Shown: piece by piece, positions 50,213 through 63,164 of the stretch
How the letters are laid out: each line of letters begins with the position of its first letter
Numbering within the stretch: position 1 is the first letter of the stretch
Position numbers and translations under genes: made by a program
Source of the DNA: Basidiobolus meristosporus CBS 931.73
Lineage: Eukaryota > Fungi > Basidiobolomycota
Length of the DNA: 64,000 nucleotides
Direction of reading: 5' to 3'
Assembly: GCA_002104905.1 (NCBI GenBank)
Contig: MCFE01000287.1
Location: 39,015 to 103,014 of the forward strand
Notes under the pieces: model-generated
What the model saw: only the letters and a program-made list of their open reading frames with translations
The model's database searches: none
What the model was told of the DNA's origin: nothing

Positions 50213-53200
50213 CTATAATGAGTTGAGCCATTCTTTCACATCGCTGATAAGCCTTGACAACCCATTGGTCTTGGTGGATTCTGAGGAATGGGCTTTCGTC
50301 TTCTTGGGAGAGTTGACGCTGACGGCTCGTTAGAATATTGCGTGACAAGGATAAGTCAGATTAGAACTTACTTGATCGTGCTGGTCAGGTCAGCCTTACG
50401 CTTTTGAAATACGGGGGTATCCTGGCTCTCGAATTCACCCTCCCATCGAAAGATTTGCGAGTGTACACTGTTTCTACATCTCTTTAGGAGGCCTTCCACA
50501 TGCTTGGGTAGGGGAGCATTCAAGGAATACTCCTCTATCTTTTCAAGAATCGACTGGCCGATTCGGTTGAATATCTCCTCATAGGAGAATGCTTCTAAAG
50601 AGTCGAGTTAATTGCGATACTGTGCTCTCCCCATAGGCTCTACCTACCTAACGAGTTTCTAGTAATCATTTGATGAACCCGCCCGTAGAGATGGTCTTTT
50701 TCATTCTGGTTCATGGAAGATATCGAGTGGATGAACTCATCATATGCACCCACAAGTACGCTATGGATATGTAATTAATTGGTGATGACTCTGTGATGTA
50801 TGCAATACGATGCTATATACTTGACGTCGGTGGAATCTCCGGGAGTTGAGGTGGTAATTGTGGGAAGAATGCACAACTCTAAGATTCTTAGTGATGACGC
50901 GTTTACGAGGCTGTTTTCGGAGCTTATCGTTCGTCCAAGTTCAAAGGTAACCTCGTTGAAGGTGGAGATGATCAAGTTCGAAATGGATAGATTCTGGCTA
51001 GCAGAGGTCTCTGCAGAGAAAAGGTTAATCTTGTGCATCCAGTCATACTAGTTCCGTAACGCACCTAAGCCAGTCTTGGTTTTCTCAGCAATCTTGTACA
51101 ATACCCAATCATATAGCTCCTGAAATCCGTTCAGAAGCACTGATGTACTAGGTTAGTCGTTTGAGAAGAGTCGGATCTGTTTGATGCTAAGGCGTTACCA
51201 TAGAGTTTGTCTGGCTGGTGGGCCCGTTTCTGGATGGTGCTACTGGCTAGCCAACATAGATTATCACGTAACCCAGGGTCCATCATCTCTGTGGTCATGA
51301 TCAAAATGCGATAAGATGCAATGAACCTGTGCCCACAAAAGGAGCGGAGCCCCAGTCCACTTTCCACCTAAATTTCATGATTCCACGTAAATATATGGTC
51401 ACCGCTTGAGAGACCAAATGTAGCTCACCGATTTCTTGAACAAAGAAATGGACTCATCAGAGGATGGCCAGAACATAATTAAAAGCGGGAGATTTAAATC
51501 TGAGCTCAGGTACAGGAATTCCCTGAGTCTTTCTCTCTGCTCAGCCCAGTACTTGGCGCTATTTGGCAAGGTGGTAAATGTCGTGGTTACGGTGGATGGA
51601 GTCTGGTAAAATGGGCTTACATTTTCACTTGGTTGTGGCGGTCCTCAGGGAAGAAAGCGACTTGGAAAACGGTGGCGGAAAATCTCATGCTCTATGGGCA
51701 AATTTCATGAATACACCTCAGCAACCAAATAAAGCCTCGCCATGTCTCCACCATTACCTTGGGTCGTAGATGCTCCAGGGTGCTATTCGGGATCAGCGAA
51801 ATGCTGTACTGAGGATCGCTTTCATTGGAATCGTAGGTGTAAACCCCATCCACAGTCTTGGGCCAAACGTGGGACGGGCCTAGCTTGATACGCAACCACT
51901 TGGCAGTTAGTTCGTTCATTGAGTCGTAGCAAACCCCTAGTGACCACGGTGGATGCCATCCGGGTTTCAGCGACTGTTTCAGAAGTGCGCTTAGAGGAAT
52001 AGGGTTCCAGAGAGACTTGCTATGTTCAACCTAATAGATTCAAGCGTGGAGCATGGGGTCAATAACTCTCTTGATTATCAGTGCTAATGAAGTGCTTGGA
52101 CCTCTTCGAGTGCTGCGGCTATGTTCATTCCTTTAGAGTCCTTGGTGATGGTGAGCCCGCGCCCTTCCGTCAGTCCGTTCTTGCTGACGCCGACAAGAAG
52201 TCGAGCCTGATCGTCTAGTGAGGTCTGAGGGTTTCCTACACCAAGTGATCGGAAATTGAGGGATGATTTTAGTGCCAGTTGCCTCTCTATTTCTCGTTGA
52301 GTTCTGATTTCAATATATGTATCTTTCCAACAGGTGAACTCTTTCTGAAGTGATTTGAAGTCAGATATAGTGCAGGCTACGGTGCTTTCGATCGACTCCT
52401 GAACAATGTTGAAGAATAAATATTGGAAGGCCTCTTCCGCTATAGATTCCAACAGGGCGTTTTTCCTGCGCTCCTGTTCAATATATTGGACGACTGTCGA
52501 TTGGACCACGGTCGATATATGCTTTCCTACTGTCTCCAGTACGACGCCTTGAAGCATTTGTTCGGCGATTGCTCCAATTAGTTGGCGTCTGTTCGCTTCC
52601 TCTTTCTCCTTCTTTGCTTTTTCTAATGCAGCTAAGCGTTGCTTCACTAGCTCAGTATTTGGCGTAGAAACTGCCTTCTTCTCAGATACTTGGTCACTTT
52701 TGGCCGCGTCACCCAAGCTTTCTTGTTTGTTTGTACCCAAAGTCGTCGGAATAGCCACGCCTGGGGTCGCTGATATTGAGGTCGCTAGATTAGGCTGAGG
52801 AGGAGCGATTTGAGTACTGAATGTCGAGGTTATGGGGGTGGCCACAAAGGGTTTGGTAACGAATGTTGTTGATGCGTCATGAGATGGTTGAGCTTTGTTT
52901 TCCAATGCGCTAAGGGAGAATGAAAAGCCAGGCTTTATCCCAGCCGATGGGAGCGGACTGGCAGATGCCTGTATAGGAAAAGCCGCTGACTTCAGTGCTG
53001 TTGGGATAGAGCGTGCCATAGTGGCTTCCGAAGCTACACCGTTGGAACGCTTCCGGCTCTTGGAGTCTGTATCAACGTACGTTGATTCGGGGAGAGTGAG
53101 ATCAAAAGTCATCGTAAACGGACTTGGATGAGGCCCACCCTGAGAAGCGGTGCCATTCACAATATCTCTATTCGACAACCCGCCCCTCTTCTGCTCGACC

Positions 53201-54815
53201 AGAGTAAGAGACTTGATCTGCTTGAAAGTTTGGTCGGATTCTTGAGCATAAATTTGCGTTAGCAACCAGACCGGAGATTGACAAGTGGATGAACATTCCA
53301 GTACCATAAAAGACCAGTCGTTTGCTTTTGGCGTCTTTTTTGCCGAATTTCACCGCGAGAACCGGGTCCTCAACCACCTCAAGCCCGTACTCTTGGCAAG
53401 CTTGGATCGCTTGATCGGCGTCATCGAACCACAGGAGATCGACCAAATCACTGATAGGGAATCCTTGAAGCTGGTAAAGATACGTTTTGTTCATGGCCTT
53501 CAACGCGTTCCTTCTCACCTCTACAAAATGCCACTCAAGAAGACAAGACATCAAGTATGAGGTGTGTTTGTGCTTCACAAGCTTGAAAAATTTGGAGAAG
53601 AAGTTCTGAGATGCCTCACAGTTAGGAGACATGTTACGCTTGAAGTATACGTTGTTGCATTGGCATAGGGAATGGAACTTGAGTGCCTGCTGGACTATGG
53701 ATGAGCAAAAGACTTCCTTGGGGTATAGCTGTGCTTGGCGGGCGATGTCGATGTCCCGAAGATGCGTAATGATGTTGTATGCTCGGAACTCGGCTTCGTT
53801 CGGACAAGGAATGCCTTCTTCACGCAGGTCATCGTAGAATTCTTGTAAACTTCGGAGAACTAATCGAATCATACTACACGTTAGCCACTGCATATACTTC
53901 TCGCATCCACCGGCAACCCACCTTTACGAAGCTGTTCGGTTTCTTGTTGCTCGCTGAAGTTAGGGTTGTCGCACAGCTGGTGTAAACAAAGGATGTGATA
54001 CCGGGCGATGCGCTCGTGCGCTAGGACCGCTTCCAGATTTCGGCAATTCTGGAGCGTAAAGTCTTGTCTAATGGATCTAGTTCTATCTCTAATGAAGCCA
54101 TGTGAATCTTCTAAGCCGGGGTCATTGTCGACTATTTCGTCGATCAAATAGTCCAAGGTGCTCTGTTCAAACGATCAATAAAAGACCACACGCGGAGGCA
54201 TCACGAGGCTACTAACGGTGAGAACGGCGGGTGGGCGGACATCGGAGGGGAGGGGTTGCTCGTTTCCAGCTGCCGGACGATGGTACGCTTTCACTGCGCG
54301 AGAATGGTCGATCCTATTCGTGCCAGGTATCTAAAATAATGAACAGAAGAGTGGACCGCAGTTTTCGTAGATGTGTCGCTAGAGTTATACATTGCCATCA
54401 ACTACAACAGACATACAGAATATGCCGAGCAGAGGGTTGAAAAGCGCTACATACCAGCTCAAATTTCTCCAGGTTCTTCTGGTATTCTCTTTCTTCACGT
54501 TCAAATTCTGGGCACATGTCTTGGCAGGTACCCACGAAATTGATGGCCTGATCTAAGCGGATTGGCTTGGTGGGATCCTGGATCAGCCCTTTGGCGATGT
54601 ACTCCGCTCGGAGATTTGGCCTCAAGGCCTTAAGCTAAAACAAAGGTTACGGTGGGGACTTCGGTGAGCAGAGGGATTGCTTCGCTGTTGATGGGGAAAA
54701 ACCTGCATACCTCTTGGTATCTGTTGGCTTCCGGAACATTATTGAATCGGGCAACGCGTTCTTCAGAGGTCTGGCTCTCCTCCTTAGTGAAGCCTCCTCT
54801 CTTATTCCTTATCAT
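50213..54815 (-). CDS. SAC3: Sac3/GANP mRNA export factor, many exons
   Basis: [72 protein letters not shown]. Splicing extends the CDS through 52030-50213 ([21 protein letters not shown]..; ends [15 protein letters not shown]). Start codon uncertain. Confidence 0.9.
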
Positions 54816-55234
54816 ATCGATACTTCAAGTAAACCAAGGTTAAGAAGACTAAGACTTGACCAATATGAAACTAAACCACCACGCGTTCATGAATTTTGGT
54901 CTGAAGTAGTGCGAGCGCTACCGTTTACTGTGCTCCATTCATTGGCAGGCCAGTATTGATTGGATGATTAGAGATTGCTTAGTTTAAATCATAATCAGGC
55001 CCATGAATTTCGGCCATTGCACAGTAGATTTGATTGATATCATGGGTTTGCCATGTACAGCTTCCTGCAATATTCTTGTAGATAGTACCTCACCATTACA
55101 AATCCTACTGTGCATTGTTGCTAGTTACAAGCATGCCGTATACTTTTAAAGTGAACACCCAGCTTATTACTCACAACTTGTTGACTAAGTGGCGCATAGA
55201 GTATTATCACCACATTTATCTTTGAAGCATTTAG

Positions 55235-55356
55235 TGTTGTAAATATTTAGTTTACACCTAAACCACTTGTATAGTGTCATATGCTAATTGGCTGACTGCC
55301 AAGCTATGAATTACTTAAAATTTAGCTTGTAAGAGTTTGGGAGAACATGTAGATTA
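55235..55356 (+). mobile_element. Diverged Copia-type LTR 5' fragment (LTR0), interrupted by LTR1
   Basis: TGTTGTAAATATTTAGTTTTACACCTAAA aligns with the TGTTGTAAAAATT..TTCCACCTAAA starts of the two later LTRs. Confidence 0.55.
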
Positions 55357-55889
55357 TGTTGTAAAAATTTCGAATTCCACCTAAATATTCACCTAACTTA
55401 GTCACTTAGATCATTACCTTCAAATCCTAGGGAATACTGACCAAATTCCTTGTTGGGATTTACTTAGAATACTTTCACCAAAATACCAGGTACCCAGAAC
55501 ATGAAAATTATCAAAGTTGTCCAAACAGCCACAAACTTTGCACACATGTTCTTGGGACCTTCCTTAACCTATTCTATGTGTTTGTAATGCCAAGACCATG
55601 TCAAAGTATAAATAATACTTTTACATTCAATAAATCATTAAGTGAAAACCACATAATCTACTTGTCCTCCCAATCACTTCCAACATCTCCAAGACTCTTA
55701 CAACAGGTTATGAGCCCCATGCTGTCACTCTCTGCAAAGTTTACTACTGCTATTACTGGAACTTTTCCCTCTACTGAAAAGTTGGATGGATCTAACTACT
55801 AAGTGTGGAAGGAGAAGATGAAGATGAAGATGCTGCTACAAGAAAGAGGCCTTTGGGATATTGTCATGGGAGAAGAATGCCCTCCTAAG
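55357..55889 (+). mobile_element. Copia element 1: 349-bp LTR (55357-55705), PBS and truncated gag start
   Basis: TGTTGTAA...TTACAACA termini; PBS GGTTATGAGCCC at 55706; gag with lost ATG and a TAA stop, cut at CCTCCTAAG by LTR2. Confidence 0.9.
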
Positions 55890-56238
55890 TGTTGTAAAAA
55901 TTCGTATTTCCACCTAAATATTCACCTAACTTAGTCACTTAGATCATCACCTTCATATCCTAGAGAATACTGACCAAATTCCTAGTTGGGATTTACTTAG
56001 AATATTTTCACCAAAATACCAGGTACCCAGAACATGAAAATTATCAAAGTTGTCCAAACAGCCACAAACTTTGCACACATGTTCTTGGGACCTTCCTTAA
56101 CCTATTCTATGTGTTTGTAATGCCAAGACCATGTCAAAGTATAAATAATACTTTTACATTCAATAAATCATTAAGTGAAAACCACATAATCTACTTGTCC
56201 TCCCAATCACTTCCAATATCTCCAAGACTCTTACAACA

Positions 56239-56250
56239 GGTTATGAGCCC
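56239..56250 (+). other. Primer-binding site complementary to the tRNAi-Met anticodon stem-loop (half-tRNA priming)
   Basis: GGTTATGAGCCC is the reverse complement of GGGCUCAUAACC of fungal initiator tRNA; an identical site lies at 55706. Confidence 0.85.
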
Positions 56251-59200
56251 CAAGCTGTCACTCTCTGCAATGTCTACTACTGCTATTACTGGAATTTTTC
56301 CCTCTGCTGAAAAGTTGGATGGATCTAACTACCAAGTGTGGATGGTGAAGATGAAGATGCTGCTACAAGAAAGAGGCCTTTGGGATATTGTCATGGGAGA
56401 AGAATGCCCTCCTAAAAATGTGGGAGAGGAAGCCTTAAAGTACCAGAAGAAAGAACAAAGTGCCTTTAACTGCATTTGCCTTAATGTCAAGGACAAATTG
56501 CTAATTCAATGCTCAAGAGCAAAAACGGCAAAGAATGCCTGGAAAGCATTAGAGGACACCTACCAGTCATGTTCAGCTGCTAAGAAGATGTATCTGAGAC
56601 GAAAATTCTTTACTACAAAGATGCTGCCAGGAGAAGAAATGAAAAATCTAATTAACAGAATTACCCTGCTGGTAGATGAGATGGAATTTGTGGGTGTACC
56701 AACTACTGATGAGGATGTGATAGTTACCATCCTGAATAGCCTGTCAGACAAGTTTCAGGGCCTTGTATCAGCCCTAGAGTCCAGAACTGAAGATTTGACC
56801 TTAAATTACGTATATGGAAGGCTTCTGGATGAAGAATTAAGAAAATCAAGCGCCAATAAGAAGGAAGAAGAAAATGCTTTAATAGGCAGTGATAACCAAC
56901 AAAGGAGGTACCCAAGACCCTACAAAGGCAACAGCAACCTGTTTTGTAACTACTGCAAAAGGAAAGGATACACATCAGACCGGTGTCTCAAAAGGAAAGA
57001 TAATCAGCAAAAGAAGCCTGAATATGGAAATGCTGCAACAACTGAAGATAGACTATTCATATCTGCACTAAATATGACCACAAACAAGGATTCTCAGACG
57101 TGGTATATTGACTCTGGAGCTTTGCAACACTTTACACACCAAAAAGAACTTTTTACCCAATATCAAGAAATTCCAATTAAGAAGGTTTTCATGGGTGACA
57201 ATAGAACACTTGATGCAGTGGGAGAAGGAACTATCCTAATTTCTGAAGAGGATGGATGAGAGCCCTTTTCCAGAAATCTGACTCAGCAACCAGAAATATT
57301 ACTGTTGATGCCCCTATTGGGACTCATAAAGTGAATCCAAGCAGCCCTGACAACAGACAATACAAAGTGGATGCCTTTGCTACCAAAAGACACCTCCCTG
57401 AAGAACCTGCCAAGCCCATCCTTAGAAGACCACAATTTGAAGAACCTGAAGTTGTTATTGACAAGAGGCCTGGTATGCTGCCCACCCAAGATCCATTGCC
57501 TCACTTTCAGATGACTTCAAAGATAGCAAGCTACTCAAGCCCTCAACTGATTAGTGAGAAGCTGCTGAAGCAGAACCTCACTTTGTTGGTTGCAGAAATC
57601 ATGAGTGTATCCCCATCTGTTAGGAAGACCTTTGATGAGCAGCTTAGAACAAGATGACAAGCTGTTGAACATATAGACACCCATATAATTCAGACAAACC
57701 ATGAAGACCACCAAGAGGATGACAACACTGCTGAATATAAGACCTTTTACTCAGTTGCAACTGCTGTGGTGAAAGGGTATATATATGATGACCCTGTTGA
57801 CTGCCATATTGACAGTGGCTCAGAGATTTGTGTTATGCCGCTAGACTTCTGGAAGAAACTTAAAAGCAAGGAGCTACTGCCTGTTGATAGAGATATTGGA
57901 TGGAACATGACCAATGCAAACTCAGGATCTAGTCCACTCTATGGTGTAGTACACAAGTTCCCTATTGAGGTACAAGGAATCAAGGTCTGGCTTCCCCTCT
58001 TCATCTGCCAGAAGGCAAACTTTGACCTTCTACTAGGTAGACCATGGGAAACCAGTACTAAGGCTACAACTACCAACTATTCCAATGGGTCAGTATGGTA
58101 CACCATACAAGGATCCAACCTAGGACTACAGTCAACCTTCTGTGGTGTAACACCCAACAATAAGAGGACACATACTGCTTGCCAGAAGACACATCTTGTT
58201 ATGGAAGAAGATGAAGAGCCTGACAACATACACCCCAACATTTGGAGCTGCTCATTAGGTATACAGGAGCAAACAGCTATGGTTCAAACAAAATACAAGA
58301 CAGTAGAACAGAAGATTAGACCATCACTTACCCCATTGACTGATGGATCTTGACCTGCTGATTACATTAGACCACCAGAAGAAACACCAGAAGATATACA
58401 ACTTACACCTGAGAGACTTAAGCAACTTATCATTGGTGATGGAAACCTAACACCAGAGGAGATACTATTATTTAAGGAGACCTTGAAAAGGCATGATAAG
58501 GTCTTCTCATATAATGACAAGGAGATGGGACTCTTAAAGACATTGGTTGAAAAACACATCAAGATTCATACAGTGCCCCACACACCCTGGTCATTCAAGC
58601 CTTACCCACTGCCCAGAGGACTCCAAGCTGATGTGCATGACCTACTTAAGAAGAAGATAGAAGCTGGTATCCTAGAACCTTGCCATGGACCCTATGCTAA
58701 CAGATGGTTTGTGACCAAAAAGATGAATGGAAAGCTCCAATTCATTCAAGACATGCAACCTGCAAATGCTGTCACTATCAGAGATGCTGCTATACCTCCA
58801 TCTATTGATGACTTTGCAGAAAGCTTTAGTGGCCACTCCATCTACTCAACATATGATCTCTACTCAGGATATGACCAGATCCCCCTTGATGAGACATCAA
58901 GAGATATGTTTGCGCTACAGACACCATTTGGACTGTTAAGGATGACAAGACTCAGCCAAGGGGCTACAAACTCCATGGCTCAGTTCCAGATATGCATGGT
59001 AAATGTGCTCTATCAGTTTATACCTGAGAAACTTGCTGTCTTTGTGGATGACATAGGCATCAAAGGACCAAAATTCCGGGACACCACTGAAGTTATGCCT
59101 GGAGTAAGAAAGTTTGTCTATGACCATATTGCAGACAATGATGCCATATTAGGAGCCATTGAAGAAGCTGGACTCACCATCAGTGGTGAGAAAAGCAGCT

Positions 59201-61285
59201 TTGGTGTATCAGAGATATCCATTGTTGGACAAAAATGCAACACCTTTGGTTGTTTACCTGGAGACTCCAAGACACAAAAGATATGCAACTGGCCATCCCC
59301 CACAAATCTCACACAAGCTTGTGGCTTTGTGGCAGCTTGTGGGTTCTTTAGGATCTGGATCCCAAGATTTTCTGAGATAGCAGAACCAATTTACCAACTA
59401 CAGAGAAAGAACACCCCATTTATCTGGGGAGAAGAGCAAGAAGAAGCCATGCAAATACTGAAAGAGGCCTTAGTATCTCCACCAGTTCTAAGACCTCTTG
59501 ACTATCAAAACACCAAATGCCCACCTATTTTGACAGTGAATGCAAGCCTTATAGGAGCTGGAGCACTACTTGGACAAGATGATGAAGATGGCAACCGCTA
59601 TGCCTGCAGATAAGAGAGCTGCCTATTCTCTCCTAGAGAACAAAGATACTCACAGATTAGGAGAGAACTACTAGGAGTTGTGAAGATGCTGAGGAAACTA
59701 AAGTCACAACTCTACATGACACATTTTATCCTGGAGACAGATGCCAAGCCACTTATAGGAATGATCAACAAGCCTGACCTACCTGATGATGCCACAAACC
59801 AATGGATGGCATGGCTGAAAATGTTTGACTTTGAGGTCAAACATATCCCTGGCAAGACAAATGTTGTGGCTGATGCACTCTCCAGGAAGGGACCAGAATT
59901 ATTTGAAGACTTGGACCCTCACTTTGATGATATCATTGATGCAGAGATCCAACAGATTGCCATCAAGGACCAAGAGAGAACTACCTGGAGTCTGATCAAG
60001 GAATATCTAAGGACACTTAAGAAACCTAGTTGGATGGAAATTCAGGAGTTTAGAAAACTCAGGAAGAAGGCACATCACTACTATCTTAAAGATGATCTTC
60101 TCTTTAAGCAAGTGAAGCCTGGACTTATGCCAAGAAGAGTAGTCACTACCCCTCAAGAGCAACTGAACATCATGACAAGTATCCACCAAGGAGAACCAGG
60201 AGGACATAGAGGACAAGAAGCCACCTACAATACCACAGCTCAGAGGTACTACTGGGAAAACATGTACCATGATATCCAGCACTTTGTTGAGTCATGTGTG
60301 GCCTGCCAGAAGAGATCCTCCAAGCGTTATGAAGAACCACTGCATCCTACTTACACAATCTGTCTATGGCAAAAGGTTGGTATTGACCTTGTCCACATGC
60401 CAACAGCTGGGTCAAAAAAGTACCTGATTGTTGCCAGAGATGACCTTAGTGGATGGGCAGAGGCTCGAGCCTTGCCCAACAACAAGAGCCATACCATATG
60501 GAGATTTATACTTGAAGACATCATCTGCAGATTTGGCTGCATCCAACAGTTTGTTGCTGACAGAGGAGAGATGACATCCCAAATGATCCAGGAGTTGTGC
60601 TCAAAGTACAAGATACACATTGCTTTTACAACAGCTTACCACCCTCAAGCCAATGGAATGATAGAGCGAGGACATGGACCATTGGTGAACTCTCTTGTCA
60701 AGACCTGTGAGAATAACACAACACTGTGGCCACAGCAATTACATCTAGCACTCTGGGCAGATAGAATTACTACCAAGAGAACAACTGGATTATTGCCATT
60801 CAAGCTACTCTATGGACATGACTGCATACTACTAGTTGAGTTAAACACAGTCACTTGGAACTCATTGAATTGGAGATCCAATATGCAGACTGAAGACCTC
60901 CTTGCAACTTGCATACAGCAACTTGATCACCATGACTTGAATATCAGCAGAGCTGCTGAACAACTTAAAGATACACAACTAAAGAACAAGGTGCCCTTTG
61001 AAATCACACCCAATAAGACCAAAACCACTATCACTAGGAGACCCAGTACTACTCTATGATTCCACCTGGGACAAACAATGGAGTTGGAAGTTTGACAACA
61101 AATGGACTGGCCCCTACCTCAGTTCCAAAGTGATTGGAAATGGAAGTTATTACATATCTGAGCTTGACAACACCCAGTTGAGAGCACCAGTTGCTGGAAA
61201 CCAACTTAAGTTATTCAAGCATAGGAATTTTGCACATCAAGATTAGTTTGCTTTTACCCACGTTCAAAGCTGAGAGGGGGGTGGA

Positions 61286-63164
61286 TGTAGTGGAGTGACA
61301 GTGACACCCACTGACAGATGTGCTCATTCCCTTATTTTCTACTTCCCTATATCTCTACTACACTTATTCTAGTTTTATCCCATTTGTCTTACCCAATCAG
61401 TACTATCCCATAAGCCGGTTGACTATCACACCTGCTTACCTTATTGCATAAGTTACCCCTCACTTTATGTAAGATTACTAGCTATAAGTACTTCTATATT
61501 AGGCAAGTACCCGTGCCAGTACCCGTGACACATGATCAACCTGTGTCACCATCCCTACCATTTCCATACCATATATGGTATCCCCATGTTACACAGGTTT
61601 CAGAATACTGATTCCTGATTGGTTGGATGTGCTGTGCCTCTAGGAACCTTCCAGCACCTACTTAGAACATTCTTAGGTCATTCTGATGTCATTAAGATTT
61701 CTATTGATATCTGGAACCTTCTGGAACACCATGATTAGTAATCACTTAGCCAGTAACAAAAGTATATAAGGGAGGCTATCCCTCAACAATGTATCATCAT
61801 CCCTTTTATCAATATACCAACTTGTTGATTAGTGTGATCACTGCTACCTGCTGCTACCTGAACTTCCAACCCCAGACCACAGGATACTCCCAGGAAACCG
61901 CTGTGGTGGTGTAGAGGTACTCCTGGGAGAAGCTACACAACTCAAGGTGTGTGAGGTGTCTGATGGGTGCAATAACCTCTGTGTCTAAACTGCTGGTGTC
62001 TTTGTCAATATGTTACTATGGTAAAAGCTCCTGCTTCTCTAGCTTCCTAGGTGCTCCAAGTGTCTCCAAAGGCCTCTGTGTGTCTTGTGCACTACCCTGA
62101 AAAGCTCCTTGATGGCAGGTCTGAGATGTACTGTTGAAGGCAGGTGCAGTGATCAACTGCTAATCAATAAGGAAGAAGTGTTACTGATAGAAGGGATGAT
62201 TTATTGATGAGGGATTGCTTTCCCTTACATACTTTTCCTGATTGCCAAGTGATTACTAATGACAAGGTTCTAGAAGATTCTAGGTATCAGTGGAATTCTT
62301 GATGACATCACTATGAGCTAAAAATATGCCAAGAATGTCCTGGAAGGTTCTAAAAGGCACAGCACTCTCAACCAATCAGGAATCAGTAGTCTGAAACCTG
62401 TGCAACATAGAAATACCATATATGGTATTGAAATGGTAGAGATGGTAACACAGACCTAGGTCATGTGTCACGGGTACTGACGCGGGTACTTGCCTTATAT
62501 AGATACATCTACTGATCACAAAGCTGAATAACATCTGGGATAACTAATGCTAATAACTAATCAGGGTAAACATCATACGGGGATAATACTGATAATATGG
62601 GCAAAAGAAGAATGGGATAATACTGATAAGATAAAATATGGATAAGTATATCATAATGACTATATGAATAAACTTGTCTGTGGGAGGTATGTTTACCCTA
62701 CCACACCGCGCTGACAGTCAACTGACCTTAGAGGCACTACTTGTGAGGAATACTCAGAGTAGGTATCTTTTATTATATTTGATTCTTTCCCAAGTTTGTT
62801 CTTGTACAGACAAAGATACTTTTCTGTCTTTGTAACTATTGACCACAGCTGCATTCTTATCAAGTCCCTGCTGGTGGAGTTTACAGTTGTTTTGAATTTG
62901 GAAGCTTTAGTACATTGTCATCTCAAAGGATGCTGAACCCAGCACATACTTTTGTTAAGACACCAACCAAGTTGGGGATTGTAGCTCAATAGTTTTCCCT
63001 TGACAAGCTTGTGGCTTTATTCCTGTTCACATTAGATTAGAGGCAGAACCCAAGTATTCCTAGCAAGCTTTTGCCAGAGGTTATTGCACCCAGTGTACAC
63101 CCCACACACAAAACACTTGAGAAGTGTTGGACGTATCTCTCCCTTGGACTTATACACCACCACA
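61286..63164 (+). repeat. 3' LTR of the Gypsy element (about 1.07 kb net), split by a solo LTR
   Basis: Starts TGTAGTGG right after the PPT; ends TACACCACCACA at 63164, where Copia integrase coding resumes. Confidence 0.8.
61902..62705 (-). mobile_element. Solo LTR (804 bp) of a related Gypsy family, inverted, with 4-bp TSD CCGC
   Basis: TGTGGT...ACCACA termini; CCGC at 61898-61901 and 62706-62709; 62140-62500 aligns in reverse with 61497-61860 of the host LTR. Confidence 0.88.

Larger units (their letters stand above)
57242..63164 (+). mobile_element. 5'-truncated Ty3/Gypsy element, probably Ylt1-like; single gag-pol frame with 3 stops and 1 frameshift
   Basis: HIDSGSEI protease, RT (IRDAAIPP, DLYSGYDQI, FVDD), RNase H (ETDAKPL), integrase (H..H..C..C, VGIDLVHM, YHPQANGMIER), so PR-RT-RH-IN order. 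PPT GAGAGGGGGGTGGA at 61272-61285. No chromodomain seen. Confidence 0.92.

Noticed and set aside
50145-52030. Short ORFs suggesting a separate gene or relic downstream of the 407-aa SAC3 ORF
   Set aside because: They splice in frame as the SAC3 C-terminal exons.
55357-56238. Direct 349-bp repeats read as the two LTRs of one tiny element
   Set aside because: Both are followed by a PBS and gag start and no PPT precedes the second, so both are 5' LTRs.
55578-56269. ORF starts MFVMPRPCQ.. and the MLDVSLPW start at 63124
   Set aside because: These are LTR sequence read in frame with gag or integrase, not real N-termini.
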